Shown here one piece after another: positions 59,661 through 64,000 of a DNA stretch of 64,000 nucleotides. The translations under genes were made by a program, and so were the position numbers. Under the pieces are notes generated by a model, which searched no databases, was not told the DNA's origin, and worked only from the letters and a program-made list of their open reading frames with translations. Source of the stretch: Chrysemys picta bellii (taxonomy: Eukaryota); the NCBI RefSeq assembly GCF_011386835.1, contig NC_088810.1:1488001-1552000 (forward strand), read 5' to 3'. The stretch's first letter is position 1. Each line of letters begins with the position of its first letter.

Positions 59661-60604
59661 CCTGCCCCGCCTCTTCCCCCCCGAAGCCGCACTCCTGCCC
59701 CGCCTCTTCCCCTAAGGCTCCACCCCATCCGCACCTCTTTCCCCCTCCCTCCTGTGCTCACTGCTTTTCCCCTCCTGAAGTCCCTCCTGCAGGCCGCGGA
59801 ACAGCTGTTCAGTGGTGTGCAGGGGGTGCTGGGAGGGAGGGGGAGGAGCAGGGATGGGGCATGCCTAGGAGAGGGGGCGAGGTGGGAGCTTGGAGGAAGG
59901 GGTGGAGTGAGAGTGGGGCCTGGGGCTGGGGGGGGGGGGGTTGAGCACCCCCCTGTGGGTACAGAGGAAGCCGATGCCTATGGTAGACACGACTACGCCA
60001 AAGGGCGGGGTGTGTCTGTTGCCGAAGTTAGTCCATCTCCCCGAGAGGTGGGAGCTGGGAAGTCTGATTTCTCCCCGTCGACCCAGCGCTGGCTACACCG
60101 GGGCTAGGTCGGCTTCCTTACGGCCCCCAGCGTGTGGATGTTTCACACTCTGGAGCGATGCAGCCGGGTGTTTAGCGCAGAGCCGCCCTCGGCAAGAACC
60201 TCGTTTGACGTGAGTCCCCGTCAGTCTCTGGGGGGAGGCCGGGGCCAGGACTCCTGGGTCCGGCGCGAACGGGGGCAGCAGTACAGACACAGGTGCTTCG
60301 CAGGGAATTTGGATTTAGGATCCAGCTTTATTCAGTGCGTTGGCGTGTGGAAATATGAAAGGTTAAAACAAAGGGTGGAGGGGTGGCAGGATGCCTGGGT
60401 TCTCTCCCAGCTCTGGGAGGGGAGTGGGGGGGCTAGTGGCTCAGAGCAGGCGGGGGCTGGGAACTAGGACGCCTGGGTTCTGTCCCTGGCTCTGGGAGGG
60501 GAGTGCAATGGGTCCCTGATCTCTAAGGGTGCAGGGCAGCGGAGGGAAAGGGCAGGGCAGGTGAGAGGTGCCAGGGTGGGGGCGGGCGCAGGCCGGGTAC
60601 GTAC

Positions 60605-61371
60605 GTTCCCTTATCTCCCCCGTGTTGCAGTTGGTCTCTCTGCACATCTCGGAGTGGACCCTCACATAGACGCCTTCCCCGAACTCGAAGTCCAGGTTGT
60701 CCACCTGGATTTGCATGTTGTTGTTGTTGCTACATGCCTGGAGGATGCCCGTGTTCACCACGCCCCCTAGTGGGGAGGGGAGTAACGGATGTCAAGGAGT
60801 GAAAGCAAGATAGCGCCTGAATCCCCAACCTCCCGCCCACTCCCTACAGCTGGATTAAGGCCACACACCCCACCCCACCTGGCTCTGCCTCAGTGTTTGA
60901 TCCAACCCCCTACCTGGAGTGAGGGTGTGTTCAAACTGGTGGCAGTGGTGGGATCCCACAGGCCTTAGCCTGGCAGTTGGGGCTCTCTACTTTGGGGGAG
61001 AGCCAGTTGTGCTCTGACCCTCATACAGAGCCCCCTGGCTGGGGGCAGAAGGGTTCATAGGGTCTCCCCCAGGGCCAGGGAGCTGGGAGTTAAAACCCCA
61101 TTGAAATGCCTGGGGCAGTTTTCGCTCATTCTGGCAATTGGCTCAGGCTCTCAGCAGACCCAGGCAGCATCACCATGTCAGTCACATCCTGCTTCAGGAT
61201 GTGCGGCCTAGAGAGCCCGCGCCTTGCTCTGTGTCACGGCACCACGGCACTTACCAAGGGTGTTCACTTCCTGAACCGTGAGGCAAGAATTCTCATTCCA
61301 GTTACAGCTCTTGGCTACGCTGCTTTTCCCAGGGACGCTCTGGTAACAGCTGGAAGGCCGCGCTATGAAAG
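60605..61371 (-). CDS. Partial Ly6/uPAR gene E: exons 61371-61255 and 60766-60605 (6-Cys domain); exon 1 is presumably beyond the window
   Basis: FIARPSSCYQSVPGKSSVAKSCNWNENSCLTVQEVNTLG plus GVVNTGILQACSNNNN...EFGEGVYVRVHSEMCRETNCN; phase-1 GT-AG boundaries; homologous to exons 2-3 of gene C. Confidence 0.8.
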
Positions 61372-61554
61372 CTAGAAAGGAATTCCTCCTGATTTCTGGC
61401 AAACAATTCCTCGTCCACTCCTTGGCCACCATTTACTGGCTCGCCAGGTCGTTTCCTGACCTCTGGGGTGGCTCAGCTCCCCTGAGCCGAGTTCTCAGGC
61501 CCCCAGGGAACCTTTTGGCTTGGCTGGCCCCCCTGCGAGTTATTTCGGGGGCAG

Positions 61555-64000
61555 AGAACATAAGAACATAAGAACGGCCAGACTGGGTCAGACCAAAGGT
61601 CCATCTAGCCCAGTATCCTGTCTTCCAACAGTGGCCAGTGACAGGTGCCCCAGAGGGAATGAACAGAACAGGGAATCATCAAGTGATCCATCCCCTGTTG
61701 CCCATTCCCAGCTGCTGGCAAACAGAGCTAGGGACACCATCCCTGTCCAGCCTGGCTAATAGCCATTAATGGACCTATCCTCCATGAATTTATCTAGCTC
61801 CCGTTTGAACCCCGTTATAGTCTTGGCCTTCACAACACCTTCTGGCCAGGAGTTCCAGAGGTTGACAGTGCGTTGTGTGAAGAAATACTTTCTTGTGTTT
61901 GTTTTAAACCTGCGACCTATTAATTTCATTTAGTGGCCCCTTGTTCTTGTCTTATGAGAAGGAGTAAATAACACTTCCTTATTTACTTTCTCCACACCAC
62001 TCATGATTTTATAGACCTGTATCATATCCCCCCTTAGTCGTCTCTTTTCCAAGCTGAAAAGTCCCAGTCTTATTCATCTCTCCTCATACAGCAGCCGTTC
62101 CATATCCCTAATAATTTTTGTTGCCCTTTTCCAATTCCAATTGATCTTTTTTGAGATGGGGTGACCACATCTGCACACAGTGTTCAAGGTGTGGGCGTAA
62201 CATGGATTTATACAGGGGCAATATGACATTTTCTGTCTTATTCTCTATCCCTTTCTTGATGATTCCCAACATTCTGTTCGCTATTTTGACTGCCGCTGCA
62301 CATTGAGTGGATGTTTTCAGAGAACTATCCACAGTGAGTCCAAGATCTTTCTTGAGTGGTAACAGCTAATTTAGACCCCATCGTTTTATAGGTATCGTTA
62401 GGATTATGGTTTCCAATGTGCATTACTTTGCATTTATCAACATTGAATTTCATCTGCCATTTTGTTGCCCAGTGACCCAGTTTTGAGAGATCCTTTTGTA
62501 GCTCTTCACAGTCTGCCTGGGACTTAACTCTCTTGAGTAGTTTTGTGTCATCTGCAAATTTTGCCACCTCACTGTTTACCCCTTTTTCCAGATAATTTAT
62601 GAATATGTTGAACAGCACTGGTCCTAGTACAGACACCTGGGGACACCACTAGTTACCCCTCTCCATTCTGAAAACTGACCATTTATTCCTACCCTTTGTT
62701 TCCTATCATAGAATCATTGAATATCAGGGTTGGAAGGGACCTCAGGAGGTATCTAGTCCAACCCCCTGCTCAAAGCAGGACCAATCCCCAACTAAATCAT
62801 CCCAGCCAGGGCTTTGTCAAGCCGGGCCTTAAAAACCTCTAAGGAAGGAGATTCCACCACCTCCCTAAGTAACCCATTCCAGTGCTTCACAACCCTCCTA
62901 GTGAAAAAGTGTTTCCTAATATCCAACCTAAACCTCCCCCACTGCAACTTGAGACCATTATTCCTTGGTCTGTCATCAGGTACCACTGAGAACAGTCTAG
63001 ATCCATCCTCTTTGGAACCCCCCTTCAGGTAGTTGAAAGCAGCTATCAAATCCCCCCTCATTCTTCTCTTCTGCAGACTAAACAATCCCAGGTCCCTCAG
63101 CCTCTCCTCATAAATCATGTGCTCCAGCCCCCTAATCATTTTTGTTGCCCTCCGCTGGACTCTTTCCAATTTTTCCACATCCTTCTTGTAGTGTGGGGCC
63201 CAAAACTGGACCCAATATTCCAGATGAGGCCTCACCAATGTCGAATAGAGGGGAACGATCACGTCCCTCGATCTGCTGGCAATGCTCCTACTTATACAGC
63301 CCAAAATGCCGTTAGCCTTCTTGGCAACAAGGGCACACTGTTGACTCATATCCAGCTTCTCGTCCACTGTGACCCCTAGGTCCTATCTTTTAACCAGTTA
63401 CCAATCCATGAGAGAACCTTCCCTCTTATCCCATGACTGCTTACTTTGCATAAGAGCCTTTGGGGAGGGACCTTGTCAAAGGCTTTCTGAAAATCTAAGT
63501 ACACTATGTCCACTGGATCCCGCTTGTCCACATGCTTGTTGACCCCCTCAAAGAATTCTAGTAGATGTGTGAGGCATGATTTCCCTTTACAAAAACCATG
63601 TTGATTATTTCCCAACAAATTAGGTTCATCTCTGTGTCTGACCATTCTGTTCTTTACGATAGTTTCAACCAATTTGCCTGGTACTGAAGTGAGGCTTACT
63701 GGCCTGTAGTTGCCAGGGTCACCTCTGGAGTCCTTTTAAAAAATTGGCATCACATTAGCTATCCTCCTGTCATTTGGTACAGAAGCTGGTTTAAATGATA
63801 GGTTACAGATGACAGTTAGTAGTCCTGCAATTTCCCGTTTGAGTTCCTTCAGAACTCTTGGGTGAATCCCATCAGGTCCTGGTGACTTATTACTGTTCAG
63901 TTTATCAATTTGTTCCAAAACCTCCTCTAATGGCACCTCAATCTGGGACAGTTCCTCAGATCTGTCACCCAAAAAGAATGGCTCAGGGGTGGGAATCTCC
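61555..64000 (-). mobile_element. CR1 LINE 3' part (host element, 61555-62707 and 63381-64000)
   Basis: (AGAACATA)n tail on +; RT fragments VLGPVLFNIFIN...FADDTKL and VDIVYLDFQKAFDKVP. Confidence 0.95.
62708..63380 (-). mobile_element. 5'-truncated CR1 nested inside the host CR1
   Basis: Its own tail (atagaatcattgaat), an uninterrupted 191-aa ORF2 C-terminus, and a flanking TCCTATC duplication (62701-07 and 63381-87). Confidence 0.9.

Overview
This is GC-rich vertebrate genomic DNA, most likely a turtle microchromosome, judged from the CR1 LINEs, hAT elements, Gypsy LTRs and the pervasive ~74-bp G-rich repeat. Gene order matches human 19q13.31 as I recall it (ZNF428 >< ZNF576, IRGQ, PINLYP). 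From the left: the 3' end of a ZNF428-like gene (+) and ZNF576 (-), each with one apparent 1-bp frameshift. Next are two spliced, double-domain immunity-related GTPase (IRG) genes arranged head-to-head (618 aa on -, 608 aa IRGQ-like on +) around a short GC-rich bidirectional promoter with a canonical ISRE at its centre. A 26 x 62-bp CTCF-motif array follows, then an expanding and decaying cluster of Ly6/uPAR three-finger (PLI-gamma/PINLYP-like) genes: two intact two-domain genes, one single-domain secreted form, one partial 6-Cys form and orphan exons. These are interleaved with solo LTRs, a Gmr1-like Gypsy relic, hAT elements and nested CR1s. The main candidate novel system is the divergent tandem-IRG pair: an IRGQ orthologue whose second GTPase domain is intact, and a paralogue with lesions in both domains. 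Exon models were built by hand from splice signals and phase. Orthology calls rest on remembered mammalian sequences and need BLAST or phylogenetic confirmation.
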